DNA of 64,000 nt from Takakia lepidozioides. Taxonomy: Eukaryota > Plantae > Bryophyta. Position numbers and translations under genes: made by a program. The number at the start of each line of letters is the position of its first letter. Positions within the stretch are counted from its first letter, which is position 1. Shown piece by piece: positions 1 through 14,800 of this stretch. The notes under the pieces were generated by a model, which worked only from the letters and a program-made list of their open reading frames with translations, searched no databases and was not told the origin of the DNA. Location of the stretch: positions 54,126,001 to 54,190,000 of the forward strand of contig CM060734.1 in the NCBI GenBank assembly GCA_030704615.1. The letters run 5' to 3'.

Positions 1-3000
1 TTGTCTTTGGTAAGGGAAAAGGCTGGTTAGCATAAAATCCTTTGTGAGATTCCTTCTCTACACTGGTGGCATCTTGTAGGCAGTATGTCTGTTTTGCTGG
101 GAGGCCTCTGTGTGGATGACACATCAGAAGCTACCACGTCGCTTCATCGTCACCATGCACAGAGGGAGAGACGTTGATGCATCTTCCGATCACCTTACGC
201 GTGGCAATAACACTGTGCCCCCTGGTTCTTAAGCTTTGCAGTTTCAATTAGAGCGTTACACCTGGAAGTCATCCAGGTTAATCTTGAAATACTTGAAGGT
301 TTCTGAAGCTGCATCAGTCCGCTCACCCAATTATTTCTTGTTGGATGAAGGCTTGAAATTCCGTTTTCCCAAATCCGACCTCCATCTATCGCGGGATCGG
401 AATTCTGCTGCAGTTTTAGCCCATGTTTTTTCAAATCAGCAGTGGCTTTCTGGAGCTAAACCAGGTCGTGCCAAGATTAGCTAGGTGTCATTATTCCACC
501 ATAAGTTTCCTCCTATTCAGGGTTTCCATCCTTGCCTCTTAGTCAGTAGTTTACCTAGACATGGCTAATCGATGTTAGAGGGGTCTTAGAAACATATCTT
601 TCCCCCTGTGAATGACCTTGTGTATACACATCAGTTCTACTTTCCACTCCTACTGCATGAATATATTTGCATGGGAAGAGTACAGAAATTCTTGCACTAT
701 GCCTTCTTCATTCTGCAATCTTTCTTGTTGCCTTTTCGTATGTGTTTACTGTTACTCTCTCCTTGCTTCATAGAGAGTAGTTTGCTTCTTAGAATCAATA
801 GATCTGCTTTTGCCCAGGACATGCTTTTCTCGTTACCGAGACATGATCCGCAATCATTGCAGCATTTTGTTGCTCCTCCCCTTTGGCCTTGGAGTTAGTT
901 TTTGGAACTAGTGGCCCATCAAACAAATTTAAACTCATTTTGTGCTGGCAATAATGTTGCAACATCCTGCTTCACTGAAACAGTCGAGTTCCATGACCAA
1001 GGTCGTCAAGGTTAGAGAGCGATACCTCGGACAGGCATAGCAATGCCCCTAGATTCACTTCTTATACTTTGAACCCTCCGAAAACTGAGTTTTCAATTCT
1101 GCAGTGTTGGGCACAAGTACATAGTTGACTGTTATGCAAACCTTACTTATTCCTGGTCTCCTTTGGTAAAGAACAGGTGTCAACAACTGGCAGACCGTTG
1201 CGGTGCATTTGAAGAAATTAAGAAGACGCCGGCTGAAGGTAGTGTAACGAAGAGCCTCTTCCCTGCAATGGTTACTGTCCTCTTTGCAACTAAGCAAACT
1301 TGAAGTTTTAAGGGCTCTGTAAAGTAGCACCTGTAGATGCACAACAGCAAAGGTATGTGCTGTTGAGCCACTATAATAAGCCCCGCACAGAATGCTTCCT
1401 GGACCTCCTCCTTGCCTTCCTACACATTTTATACTGGTTACGTGCTGCAATGAACAGCTCAATTCACATCATGCTTTCAGTAGCTCCTGGTTATGTGCAG
1501 GCAAGGTAGCCCCGTATATAGGATCAAGTGGGTGTCACTCTGACCCCGACTCTCTGGTCCCACAACCTTTCTCCCCCTTTATTAGCCCTCACACAAACTT
1601 TGCTGGACCTCATGGCCACTTTCACTGACATGCGTTGTGGGGACTACAAAAGTATTGTCAACAGACAAACACTAGGCCAACTGCCTACTAACAATGCAGG
1701 GCTTTGCATGCATTCGTGTGGTTTGTTTGCCATGCTTTTCCCAATGTGGGTGACGTCTTGAAGATGTGTGAATTGCTTTTGGAGACCGACTGCTCGTTCG
1801 CGCCAAGAAGATGACCAACTTGTCTCCAGACTTGTTCAATGGTACCACATCGCCTTATGGCGCCTTAAAATATATTTTTTGTCTCCGGGAAGAGGCCAGA
1901 ACTGCAGCGGTTTTGTGACAGGGTCTTTAGCAAGACCAAGACTTAGATCTTGCAATCTTACTTGCCTATGGAGGGCTCCATCTCTCCATGTTTGGTCGAA
2001 CGTAGCACAATACAAAATATAATATATTGGACCCGGTCGGAATGATGACGACGATAACGACAATTGTTCCTAACATCCCGCAAGGACCCATGTTATATAG
2101 CTCAATTTCTGGGCCACTTTCTGAAGACAATTGTGGCACTGCCCCCGACAAGAGAGAAAAGACTCCGGCCAAAGCCAACGTAAGTAAGCCGACCATTGTT
2201 TGCCAAGGCTGGAGTTCGATTTAAGGTTTTTTTTAATGGGACTGTTCTAAGCATGTAAAGTAAATACTACATACACAACAAGACTTCGCCGGAGTAAAAT
2301 CTAGTATTATCCCCTTTCACTCCGACCACACTGGGAGAAAAAAACTCACCTTCTTTGTGATGTGAACTTGCCATCAGCTAAATATCCTCTCATAAACGCG
2401 AAAGCGCCATCGACATGAGTAATTCATCCTCTTTTCCAGCAATAATGTGTAGACAGAGACTTGACATTATTGACCCAAAAATTCACTCTGCTACCAAGTA
2501 CCTTTTACGTCGGGCAGAGGTTGCTTGGGCGGCTTCATCTGGCATCCAGGCACTCTCTGATCCACCCTCTTTCCTGTTGTCTGACCTTCTTTGATCCACC
2601 CTTTTTCATGTTGTCTGACCTTCTTCAGGCTGTAGGTAATACTAGAACAGTTTGATTTCTTTCTTTGTGTCAATATATCTAGCTCTATGAGCTTTGGTTA
2701 TTTCCTCTTGGGGACAGTTGCACCCATTTGTACAGTCACCCCACTTGGGTCTTTTTATAAAGCTATGCAAGTTTTGCACGTTTAATAACTATTATCCCTC
2801 CCACGAGGGAAAAAAAAAAGCATATGATGCAGCCCGAAGAAAATTATTAATTTGTTGTGTTCCTAAGTTCCAAAGATGCTAGGAGAAGAGATGGTTTTGG
2901 TGGATTATTGTCAGGTTTTGTATCGCGGTAACATTACCAAGTTTCTTTTGCCAGTGGGTTTCTGTCCGGATTGTGGGGCAAGCTAGTGTGAACTTACATT

Positions 3001-6000
3001 TGTTCACTCACCCAACAAAGTGGTATGCTTTGTCGACAATTGAGACGTATAATTTGAGTGCAAGATGGAAAAGCAATTGCGTAAACTAGTTCGGTTTGCG
3101 CATCCCGCATCCGGGCCGGGCCTCTTCTTAAGTATAATCACCCAACTTAAGTAATTAGTCTTCCATAAGAATGAGTAGAAAGCATGCAACCCAGCACAAC
3201 AACAACAACAACAAGAGTGTTGAGGCGGTTGGGGATTCGGAAACCCTTGGGATACCATTCACAGTGAGGTGGCGGCTACTCATGAGTGTGTGCAGCAGTT
3301 ATTCAGGCCGATTGGACGTGGGCGTAAAGGCTCTTGGCAGATCGGATTTGCCTGCTTGTGAATGGATGGGCAGTCATGAATAGATGCTTCGGCAAATCCC
3401 TATGCGACCTTCAATATTAGATCTTCCCAAGCTGGGTTTTCTTCTCATGCCTGCTGTTTTGACTTGGGCCTAATCTTGGTCTTGATTGAACAAGATAGAG
3501 TTGAATCCGGAGCTTCTTGGGCGATGGAGGCGATGGAGTCTGGTTGTTTTTGTTTTTAATGCATGATGAATGTTGGGGTTCTCCCATATTCCTTGCCAAC
3601 AAACTGCTCTAACTTACACGGAATTGTGAAGTTGAACAGTTTGCTGGGATCATTCTGAGCAGTGAGATATGGTAATGCGAAGGATCATGACTAATGCTTT
3701 CTGTGCAATGATTGGGTATCAATATGATCTCAGTTGAGCGATTTCTTTCAGTTCTGCCCACTCTTTCGATTCACCGCATCATGCCTTTGCCATGCACACA
3801 AACAAAGCGGTGACCCACATGCATAGCTTACCGACACCATCGATCTCCAAACTCGGAACTCCAAACCCTTTGAAATCTTGAGGAAGATGCGATGCTCTTG
3901 GCATCTGGGCATCCGTCCTTTGTCGTCGTTGGATGGATTGTGTAGGCACGTAGGCACCATGCCTTGATGCTCGAGCTTTAAAGAGGAAAATCCATGGCGA
4001 GGAGAGATGTGTCACTCGGGAGTATGCATAAGAAGTAAGTGTAAGTATGGAGGGTGGGGAGGAGAGTGAATGATGTTGCGGTACCGAGCTGTGTCACGTG
4101 GCTGGTCATGATCGGGCATTTGAGCGTAGGAGGTGAAAATTTGATTTGATTTGGATTGCCAGGTACGGGGGAAGTGAGTGGTGACTGAGGTTGGTAATTG
4201 TCACTCTCACATGTGTACCACCCCTGCCATGGCTGCTGCTTCCTGGCAACCAGGTCACAACGTGAATCGTGCCACCCCCCCTGCCTCGTAGGTACCACAC
4301 ACTCTTGTGGTGCTCGCCCCCCTCTCTCTCTCTCTCCCTCTCTCTCTGGCTCTGCTGCCCTCCCTCCCTCCTCGTCTCAGACCACTTGCGCACCATCACA
4401 TTCTCCTTTCTGGTCTCTTACACTTCCTCGCTCCAGCAGCACAACACAACACACTCTGTGCCAAGTGCAGAGCACGGCCGGGCACTTGCCTCCGCCCCAC
4501 GCGTCACGTAGCCAACTGCGTGGCCGCAGAGCTCCTGCTTCTGCTCGTGCCGCGTGGTGGGGCGATGCCTTGTGCATGCGCCGCCACTACTCTGCCCTTC
4601 TTGTCTTGTCGCCATCGCCCTTCAGACTTCTGCTGTCCAACCCCCCTTCCTTCCTTCCTTCCTCCCTTCCTCCCTCCTTTTCTCTGTCGCTCTCTCCCCA
4701 CCACTGCTTCGCTCTCTCTCTATCATCAGTGACCATCTCCCCCACCATCTCTCCCCCACCATCGCTTATTGCTCCTGTCTCTGGGCCAACCTGTATCGGA
4801 TCACCGACAAGAGTCGTGTATAGTAGTATATGTCTGATCACGACCTCGCTAAGCCTTTTGACCGGGGGATGGCCCATCCGACTTAGTTGCTTCCTGAAGA
4901 TTTGTGACTCGTGTTGGGAAACTTCTGAGATTAGCATAAACTGAAATAACCAAGAATAAGCCCCAGCTGGGCCGGGCCACCTGGCATCAAAAGATCTGGA
5001 AACCAGAAAATCCCCATTGCAAGAATTCTAAAAGGATCTGGAACTGGAAGTACTGTGGTTTGAACCCATCAAAAGGGCGGCGAGAAATCCCCATTACAAG
5101 AATCCGGAAAAGGATCTGGAGCTAGCCCATCAGAAAGAAACAAGAAAAAGAAAAATCCACCAGAAATCTCTTTCTACAAGAGTTCTGAAAAGGATCCAGG
5201 GTAGAAGAAACCCACGGAGTGAATGAGAGGTATTAAACATCCACCCTCCCACCAAAGGATCCGGAACAAGAAGAAACCCATCAAATGGGCCGCCCTAAGA
5301 AAATGAAGCAGAACAGTGTTATAGTTTCTTTGTGCGTGCAGTAATATATACTCACATTGCAGACAATGTGTTTTTCTTTTGCGACCGCTCACAATTCGGG
5401 CCCCTCAATTACAGTGAGAGGAGAAGTGTAAGTTGGGGAAGATGAAATCTCTGGAAGGAAAACCAAAATATGATTCATGGAGTGATTGTACCTACAGGCT
5501 ACATGAGAGTAAAACATGATATAAAGACAAGAACAGTAGCCCTGACAAAAAGCAACGTCTCAAGGGCCTGACAAAAAATCCCAACCTGAAGCAAATCAGA
5601 CAGTGGAAGGGGGGGGGGGAGTGAGTCTTGTCCGGTAGAGTCTCTTTCACCGATAAATATGTCACAGGATTTTGTAAGATTTGTCGGAGTTGTGTTAAAC
5701 CCACCAAGGGAAAGGGAGGGTTGGTACACTACAAATATCAGTCCGGTACAATACAAACGTTGACACATGTTATGACTACATAAGTATCCGTGTTTACAAC
5801 CACTCAATCCACCGCCAATACATGAGAAAGAAAGTCCAAAGAAAGCGGCCACACAAACAATACAATACAACACAATACAACACAACACAACACTGTGTTG
5901 TAAGACAACATTCTCTGAGCAACTCATGCACACAGATCTCAGATTTGAGATGTGGTGACCAGGATTCGAGCCCCAGAGTCATAGTCCCCGGGGGGAGTAA

Positions 6001-6428
6001 CTGTGATTAGCGGATAAGTAAACCCAATTAGAGATAACAGAAGGGTAACTGGCCTGGGCACTGTACCGGACCCTAGGCTAGCCAGGTTCCGTTACACTCA
6101 CAGACATCCCCCAACACACACGGCGCACCAGGCAGGCATGGCGGGCACGGCAGGGCAGAGAGAGATGGAGGAGAAGAGCTTGTAGAGATTGCTTGATTCC
6201 TCTGCCATCTGCCGCCTCTTACCTTTGTTGGGTCGGTGGGGTTGTTGGGTTCCCAACCTTTGTGCTTGGTGGGGTGTTGAAGGCATTGCACAGCTTCCGG
6301 CATGCGAGGCTGTAAACCTTGCTGGGCTCTTGGAGAGATCATAGCTTTGGGGGGTGCAAAGAAAGGTTGAGGAATAGATACGGAGGAGGTGGGTTGGGGT
6401 GGTGGGGGAATTGGGAAGGAGGGAATTG

Positions 6429-9400
6429 ATGGCAACACTGCTAATGCGGACTCCGGAATTTGTCAGTGCCGAGAACCTGTCCATTGCCAACGCTCATTCC
6501 CGGATGCAGAGTGAGAAGAGCAACCATGGCGATCACGAGGGACCGCACAAGGTGGCAGAGGGACGCAGTAGGGCTAGGAAGGGCAAGAATGGACCCAAAA
6601 AACAACCTCAGCGAGGGTTGGGGGTGGCACAGCTAGAGAAGCTCAGGCTGCAGGAACAGAGTAAGCAAGAAGCAGCTTGCATGGCTTCAATGCACAGCCT
6701 GCCACCGTTCGCGTTCGCAGAGCATGGTAGCGCTCTATGCCTCTCCCACTCGCTCACACAACAAGTGAAAGGCAGCGTGATGACTCAGGCTAGCAACAGC
6801 ACTGCGGTGGCTTTCTGTAATGCACGGTTGCGCCCTCCAGACAAACTGTCGGATTGTTTTCCTGGGGAGGAGCATCATCTTGGTAGCGCTGCCGAGAGTG
6901 ATGTTTTGCGTACAATCATGTCATTAGCCAGTGAGCACTCCGATTCGGGCTCTATTTCGAGGCATGGACAGCGCCCGTCACTGTCTATCATGCTCTCTCG
7001 GCATGGAGACGAAAGTGAGCCTTCTTTTTCGTCTTTACCTCACGGCGGTCCCAGCCAGGGTACTCCCAACCCCCTTTCCTTGATTGAACCCTCGTGCACT
7101 GGAGTACATTCTCACCAAGACAAGCCACCAAATGTGTCTGCTAGTGAGGATGATCCTGACAGGGTAGCTTCATGTGCCCGGGCATGCTTGGCTTCTCCTG
7201 CAAAGTATGCGGCGAAGGCATCCTTCTTCTCTAATATCTTGACCAGTCGAATTAACGTGATTGACAGTCAAAATCATAGTTTGAAAGAGGAAGAAAGAAG
7301 CACGGGAGAGTTTGATAGAGCGAAGGAGCCTGCTTATATTTTTCCGGGCGCAAGTGGTGTACTAGAGGCCGGAATGCTCAACACCAATGGCGGTTTCAAA
7401 CTGCATCCACTGCAGAAAGAAGGGGCGGGCGCCCTCTTTACTCTGACCAACCTGCAATACTTCGAATCCTCACTGGGGCCTGCAAACGTGCGTCGATTGC
7501 AACGAGAGTGCACGGAATTGCCAGTGGTGCGCTGTCTTCGCTTTCTCTCTGTGGTTAATGTTCTAAGGCTTTGCAGAGGTCCTCGACCGAGAACTCCACA
7601 TGCTCTTGTTTAGTTGTGTAGAAAGTAGCGCCCACTTCACAATAGAAGTAAAGCATGTGCGCAATTGAAGGGTTATCTCCTAGGTGGGAAGAGGAAAGCT
7701 GAAAAGCTGACCAAGCTGTTTCTTTGAGTCTAGGACCAGGGATGTTGAATGTATGAAGGAGTCCTTCTATTTTGGCTCCTAATGAAGACATGAGGAGACA
7801 CTCAAAGCTTAAATTACAGACAGATGGATTGGGCAGGATGAAGAGATGAGACATTTGATTTTTGGAACTGCAAATCTTATAACAGGTGGGCGGTGCCTCA
7901 AACACCGACAGTCCAAAGGAGCTCTCTTCTTTCCAAAGCTTTCCAAGCAACCAGACATGGTCTACAATAGAAAAGGTTGGCACTCAAGCTGTACAGTTGT
8001 CGTAGGTCTGGGATGATGCTCTGGTAATACAGTTTGAAAACTTGAACTGTATCTCTCCAGCTGTCGGGAACTGATGAAGTCAGTGGGGAGTCACAACAGC
8101 TGGTCAACATCACGCATCATATAGTCTGACTCTCTAAGTTATGAGACAGCATTCTTTCTGGTTAATCTTGAAGCTGTCTGTGGAATGCAACTGAAACCAT
8201 GATGTGTTGCATTGTCATTGTTTGAATTTAGTGGTGCCAGGCACATCATATCACTGCAGTACCCTCATTAGACACCATGAAGATGACCTGCCGAAGATGT
8301 CTGTTTATTGGGGCTAAAGCCTTCACCAGTGACACTTTGGAATCTGATGTGTCCCATATTTAATTAACTGTCTACTCCAGCTTACAGAGCTGCTTGATGG
8401 AAGTCTGGAGGAATCAGGGACCATTTTTTGGATTGAGCATAGATGGAACTTGAAAACATCATTTATCTGAGAGAGCTATTCTGTTGCCGGTACTTTTGAG
8501 AAATCTAGAATGAGTATAAAGCTTCTACCTGATGAAGGTTATATGAAGCTGGCAACTAGTGCCTGATAAATTGATCAGCACTCTCTTTTCACCTTTTCAT
8601 GAGCCACATTGACATTCTTCTGACCCCCACCTGGTGACTGGACAACTATGTGCTTTTGTTCATGAAGTGTTGTTGCTATTCTCTTTCTAGGAAAAAAGAG
8701 GTGTGATCTGAATTTTTGATTTGCCATGGTTGGATCAGAGTACTGGGAGGAAACGACCCTGGCCTGCTATCAAGGAGAGTCCAAGCAAATTGCTACATTC
8801 CAAAGTCTTGGATCTTAATGCCCCGGCAGGAGAAAATGATGGACACAAGGAGTGTCGTAGTCTTGGTGTTGTTGAGGGGCAGGACGGCCAAATTGGAGCA
8901 CATTACACCACTGGTATCATCCGGTAGAGTACTCCCCCTATATGGCCTCCTCAAACTCAGTAGATCAAAGTGGTCAGTAAGAAGTCATCTCACTTAGCAG
9001 TGCGCATTACCAGCAGGCATGAATGTAGATTCAGCGGATGTGGGTGTGGAAGGGGAGGGGCAAATGAAAGTGCAGTGGCTACAGTTTGAGCATTTGGAGA
9101 GAACTAGATTTCCTCATGGCAGTTCAAGTTGTTGCTGATGCTGATATCTACATTTCTTTATTGTGCAGAAGTGCCCTGGGTAATTCCTGTGTGCCTCTTC
9201 TGAAGATAAAATCATGTGCAACCATGTCAACCTGGCAAGACAGTGAAACCCCAATCCCAAATGCCATTCCATCAGACATGGGATTCCTTTCTGATGAACC
9301 TCTTTTGAAAGGTGGCCGCACATCTCAGTCCAGTGCCAATTGCTCAAGTGCTTATCTGACTCTCAACAGGAGGAGGTGCTTGTCCAATCCTGAAGTCCCC

Positions 9401-10542
9401 ACTCTGATGGGGATTGAGGCCCAGAAATCTGGTGATTTTCTCACACTCAGACTCTCCAGCTGTTCGAACCCCATCGGTGCTAAGCCGAATCTTGATGAAA
9501 ACAACCAAGAGAACAAAATTAGTTACGAGACGAGCAGATCAAAGCGCATTGCTACTTGCCCTCACTGGGACGACAAGAATCTGCAGCTTCAAATGTGTAA
9601 CCCTCATCAGGTACATACTTCAGGGCCTTTGTTTCTCAAGAGTACTCACATAATTTTAGGCAGGCATAGGGTCTTTGAGTGGGCTCTGATAGGAAGACAG
9701 ACACAAGAGGGGTGAGGGTAGAGCGGAAATCCGAGGCAATTGCTCTTTCGAAGCATTGGTTAGGCAATGATAGCCCCAAACTATCCTACTTATACTGGAT
9801 TGGCATTTGACTCTTACTACGCTATAGCTCCAGATAAGACCCCACAGAAGGAAGATGGACAATCTGCCTAGCTCGTCTCAAGTTAGTTGTTGGTGCAGAC
9901 AGAACAAGTGCAAGAGAGGGAGATCACGGCTCCTTCTGTTCCTTGAAACTTCATAACTAGAGATGCCCAGAACAAGCTTTTGCAGGTTTGAATCATGTTG
10001 TTCCATGAGATCAGGCTAGGGCAACATGACAGGATGACACTAGGTAATAGAGCAAATGTTGAAGATTTTTTCCCCTTTGAATCCATATTGCTGGTCTCTT
10101 GCTTGCAGGTGTTGCACTAGCATTGCTTAGACTGTAATGGCCATTGTATGTCATTTTGACTCTCAAAGAAGAAGGGTGGCAAAACTTGATTAGGAAGATA
10201 CCCCATAAGTCCACATGGATGGCTATAGACTGAGGTGTTTTGGGGTTAGCATCCTTCGTTTGCAACTCTTTGGTGAATGCCTAAAAGTTATTTTGAAGAG
10301 CATCCTCTCACAGATATGGGGTGCCTTTTCAGGAATTGGTTGCTGCTGTGGAGGGGAGCCGACCCTTTTTCCCTGCCTGCGGAGGCAACAGGTCGTGCAT
10401 TGCCATGGGAAGTGCAATGCCTGCACAGTCGTTGCTCAGATGCAGGTTCCCAGCATTCTCATCGAGCAGCACTCCAGATGCTAGTCACAACCACAGTGTT
10501 GAAGAAGAATCTCTGGATCTGAGATTGAAGTTGGCTCTATAG
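6429..10542 (+). CDS. SPOROCYTELESS/NOZZLE-like EAR-motif repressor (SPEAR/TIE family), 5 exons, ~661 aa
   Basis: SPL motif KKQPQRGLGVAQLEKLRL in exon 1. Phase-compatible GT-AG exons 6429-7487, 7886-7975 (KELSS motif), 8739-8923 (GRKRPW, LDLN), 9169-9610 and 10333-10542. Ends in the C-terminal EAR motif LDLRLKLAL*. Confidence 0.88.
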
Positions 10543-11629
10543 TTGTGGGTGGGTTCTGAAAAGATCAACATGCGAAGTATGCCCCAGACTGGATGTGGGG
10601 TCAACTGGCATTATGGATTATTCTGTATTGATGATCAACATGGTGCGATTGTAAATATACTGTAGCAGGCATCTGAGCGGAGGACTGCTGAGTAGGAATG
10701 TGGAGTGTAATGGATTATCCTTATTGTACAGAAGAGTGAGTGTGCAAAAAGAGATTGCAAGTTTTTTGTGTAACATATGGTCACAGTATCCTATCATCAA
10801 CATGAGGCGAGATCAGAGGGGACCTGCTGATGAGGGGAAATGTGAAGAAAATGGTTCGAAGAAAAGACGTGTCATCTTCAGTACCCTATCTGGTTGAAGT
10901 TCACAATCCAGAACTTTCCCCACTTCTGGGTGGTTTCAGTCTGACACCAATGTGCAGGCGGATACTGAAGTTTGCCTGAAAGCAGGCACTTACAGTTAGG
11001 AACTGAATGCAGGGTTTATGTATAATAAGCTGGCATCTTTCCAATCAATTCATGTCGAGTAGTAATGTCATGAGTGAGGTAAATCTTGCCTTCCAGTGCT
11101 GAATTGGACTGCGAGTCTGTGAGAGAGAAGAGGGTAGGCAAGGATGAACAATTGGTGCAACCTAAAAAGATTCAAAGACCATGTCATGGTGGCCATGAAA
11201 TATAACTTATTGGGAGGCATTCGTAAAGCAGCTCCTCAGTCTGCAGACAGCTCTCACATCGTAGTGGAAAGGAGCTTTTTGGGCTGTGAACTGACACCCT
11301 GGCAAGCAGCGGAACTGGAGTTTGTTACTCTAAAACTAATTTCTGGTATTGTACCGCGCTCTGCTGGAGAGGCTCTCAAGCACCCCGTACCTGGAACTGG
11401 CTCGAGCTGGCGTACCAAATCACAGAAGCAACATCCCGCACACAATGCTAATGGTACAGCAAAAAGACCAGGCACGAGTGGATTGCGCCGGGTAAGCACG
11501 AGGGTCGTCAGCCCTCTGTTTCTGCACGGTTTGCAGCTTTCCACTTTCCACCTTTACTCAAACAGTGTACTGAAAACATGGCAGGAGGATGATACCCAAT
11601 GTGATTCTTTTGATTAATTAGAGGGGCTT

Positions 11630-11638
11630 AAACCCTAA
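11630..11638 (+). promoter_or_regulatory. telo-box (AAACCCTAA) upstream of PWP2
   Basis: AAACCCTAA ~250 bp upstream of the PWP2 ATG, plus a partial reverse copy AGGGTTT at ~11672. Telo-boxes are typical of plant ribosome-biogenesis gene promoters. Confidence 0.5.
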
Positions 11639-11883
11639 TCCTTGAGCTGCTTGCCCTACAGTGCAGTTGCAAGGGTTTAGCGTCCGTGTGTGAGCAGAGC
11701 ATTCGGGGTTTATTGGGGATCGTTGCTAGAGGGTGCCCTCTTCTCCCCCTCGTTGTTAGCCTCTTCCGAACCTTGAGGTTGCTGAATTTTTATGTTCGTG
11801 GACTGCCACGCTTTCAGGCCGACTTCGCTACGAACTGCATGTTCTACAGGCTGTGAAGTTCGAAGTTGGGCACCTGCGTCCTC

Positions 11884-14800
11884 ATGAATTTCAAATTCAA
11901 CAATCTCTTGGGGGCGCCCTTCAGGGGCGGCAACATTGTTTTTAAAGGAAATGGTCTTCTTCTCTCACCAGTGGGTAACCGTGTCTCCCTCACCGATCTT
12001 GTGAAGTCGGAAACTGTGACACTTCCCTGTGAGAATTCCAAGAGCATAATTAGGATTGCATTGTCTCCAAATGGGGCTCTCCTGCTGTCTGTAGATGAGG
12101 ATGGCCGATGTTTGCTGATAAATTTACAGAACCGGGTCGTTCTCCACCATTTTTCCTTCAAGGGGCCTGTTACAGCATTGAAGTTCAGTCCTGACGGTAC
12201 CCTCTTTGCTGCCGGGGTAGGGAAGCTCGTCCAAGTTTGGCAGACTCCTGGATTTCGAAAAGAGTTTGCTCCTTTTCAGCTACTCAGAACTCTTACGGGT
12301 TGTCATGATAAAATCACATGCCTCGATTGGAGTTCTGATAGTCGGTGGATTGTGGCCGGGTCGAAAGACCAGACGGCTAGATTGTTTTCTGTGTATAAAG
12401 TACAGGCATTTCAGCCAATGACTTTTATGGGGCATCGTGATGTCATTATGGGAGTCTTTTTCTCGAAACCTCTTTCGATAGAGGATACAGGCTTGTATAC
12501 AGTATCCCGGGACGGAGCTATCTTTGACTGGAGGTTTTTCCCAAACAATGGTGTGACTGCAATGAGTGACAAGGACCTGAAGGGGGCCGTAGATGAGAAT
12601 GATGGGGGCCATCTGCAAGCAGAAGGAAGGGAAAAGGAGTCCATCCACTTCACCAGTGGACGTTGGGAGCAAGTGAAGAAGCATTTTTCTATGCAGAGTG
12701 GAAAACTGACAGCTTGCGACTATCACATGGGCCTCAATCTTCTAGTTGCTGTATTTTCTTCAGGAGTTTTTGGTCTCTATCAGCTGCCTGACTTCACATG
12801 CATCCACCTCCTCTCTATGTCAAGAGAACGAATCACAACGTCAGTGTTCAATAGTGCTGGTAACTGGCTGGCTTTTGGGTGTGCAAAATTGGGTCAGTTA
12901 CTGGTGTGGGAATGGCGCACGGAAACGTACATTTTGAAGCAGCAGGGTCACTTCTTTGATGTGAACTGTGTAGCCTTCTCTCCTGACTCACAATTACTTG
13001 CAACTGGTGCTGATGACAATAAGCTCAAGGTAGACTCCTCGCTTTAGCCAGAATTTTGCGGATGTTCGGTTGGGTCTTGAGTGTGGTTGTAGTTGTGAAA
13101 GAGAGAAAAAGAAGGAGAAAGAAACTTAATGGTGGCAAAAGAGAGAAAAAGAGGAGAGAAAGAGATTGGTCTGATTGTACTTGGAAGGTGCTTTAATTAG
13201 GTGCTGGAGTGGTGCAGGTGTGGAATGTGGCATCAGGCTTTTGCTTTGTGACCTTCACAGATCACACAAACGCCATCACAGCAGTGCTATTTTTGCCAGC
13301 CAGTCATGCAGTTGTTAGTGCATCATTGGATGGAACTGTACGGGCTTGGGATCTGATGCGCTATCGCAACTTCCGGACCTTTACCACTCCATCTCCAACC
13401 CAGTTTGTGTCATTGGCTGCTGACCAGAGCGGGGAAGTGATTTGTGCAGGCACCCTAGATTCGTTTCAGGTATTAAACAGCCATTCTCATTTCTTATGAG
13501 CTGCACTGTATTTCGCAGCATTGAAATCAGCTCAGGCATTGCACAACAGTCAGCCTTGCATGAGTTTTGTTGTATTATTTTACTGTCATGTCACGTGAAT
13601 CTGCATAAGATGTCTTTGATGGTGTTGTTGTGGAGAAGTTGGAATGTTTCTTGACTCTCAAGGGGTGTGGGCAGATATATGTCTGGTCGATGAAAACTGG
13701 ACGACTGCTGGATGTGTTAAGTGGGCATGAAGGACCAGTTCATGGCCTGTCCTTCTCTCCTATCCATGTGAGTGACCCTTTCAATCTTTAAGGTTCTGGG
13801 CTGTTGGAATTATTTTGGGTAAGGAGTTCACATGAGTGGTTTCTTTGTGTGGAGCAGGAGATCCTTGCATCGTCGTCATGGGACAAAACAGTGCGACTGT
13901 GGGATGTCTTTGAAGGCAAGGGTGCCATTGAAACATTGGTGCACACACATGATGTGCTGGCACTGGCTTACCGGCCTGATGGCAAGCAACTGGCCTGTAG
14001 CACACTGGATGGCCACATCCACTTGTGGGATCCCATCAATGCCCAACTCATGGCCACCATTGACGGCCGCCGTGACATCGCCGGTGGAAGGCTGATGGGT
14101 GACCGCAGAACGGCAGCTAACTCTAGTTCAGGAAAGTGCTTTACCAGCCTTTGCTACTCTGCCGATGCCTCCTTTCTCCTTGCTGGAGGTACCAGCAAGT
14201 ACATCTGCATGTACGATGTGGCTGATCAGGTTGGCAACCTTTCTCCAACCCGCACACTGTCTCAAAGCCCTTTTCCTCTTCTTCTGCATCCAAAGTTGGC
14301 CTGTCATTTGGTTGGGAATTGTTTCTGTGGGTGACCTCCTTTTGTCCCATGAACCAGCATTTATTGTTCCCATGCACCCAATGTTCCATCCATTGTGACA
14401 TGTATCCACACTTACAGACTAGTTATTCATAATATCACATATCACTCTACATATAACTTCCCAATGAACTAAAGGCTAAAGCTGTCTGCAAAGGAGGACC
14501 TCACAAATTTGTCACTTATCATATTGACAACCGTAAGGGAAGAGGATGTACTCATTGACTGATTCCTGTTGATGTTGGCATAGAAGGCCTGGTCCCTGTA
14601 AACATATGCCCAGAGTAGTTGTGTGGGAAGTTGTGGATTGTGTTAGTCGCACAATCTGCCAGATTGTTAGAAAGTGTGAGGAATTTTTTTTGTGTGAGTA
14701 GTAATGGTGTAAGAGTTCCCGTGTGAAGTTAAAAACTGGCTGTGGCAGTAATACAGCCAGTCTAGGAGGCACTCAACGATTGCTTCATTTTATCCATTCA

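Noticed and set aside
1-3010. Minus-strand splice-like signals (~1141, 1331, 1960, 2350, 3010) and short ORFs
   Set aside because: Could not assemble an open, recognisable coding frame. May be UTR or decayed sequence.
4198-4944. 248-aa ORF and overlapping ORFs
   Set aside because: Low-complexity products of CT/CCTT microsatellites in the presumed SPEAR upstream region; no domain recognised.
4985-5290. Short recurring motifs (aaaaggatctgga, cccatcaaa, atccccatt.caagaat), superficially CRISPR-like
   Set aside because: Irregular spacing, degenerate units, eukaryotic context and no cas genes.
11144-11617. 157-aa ORF upstream of PWP2
   Set aside because: No recognisable motifs; probably a chance ORF in a promoter region.
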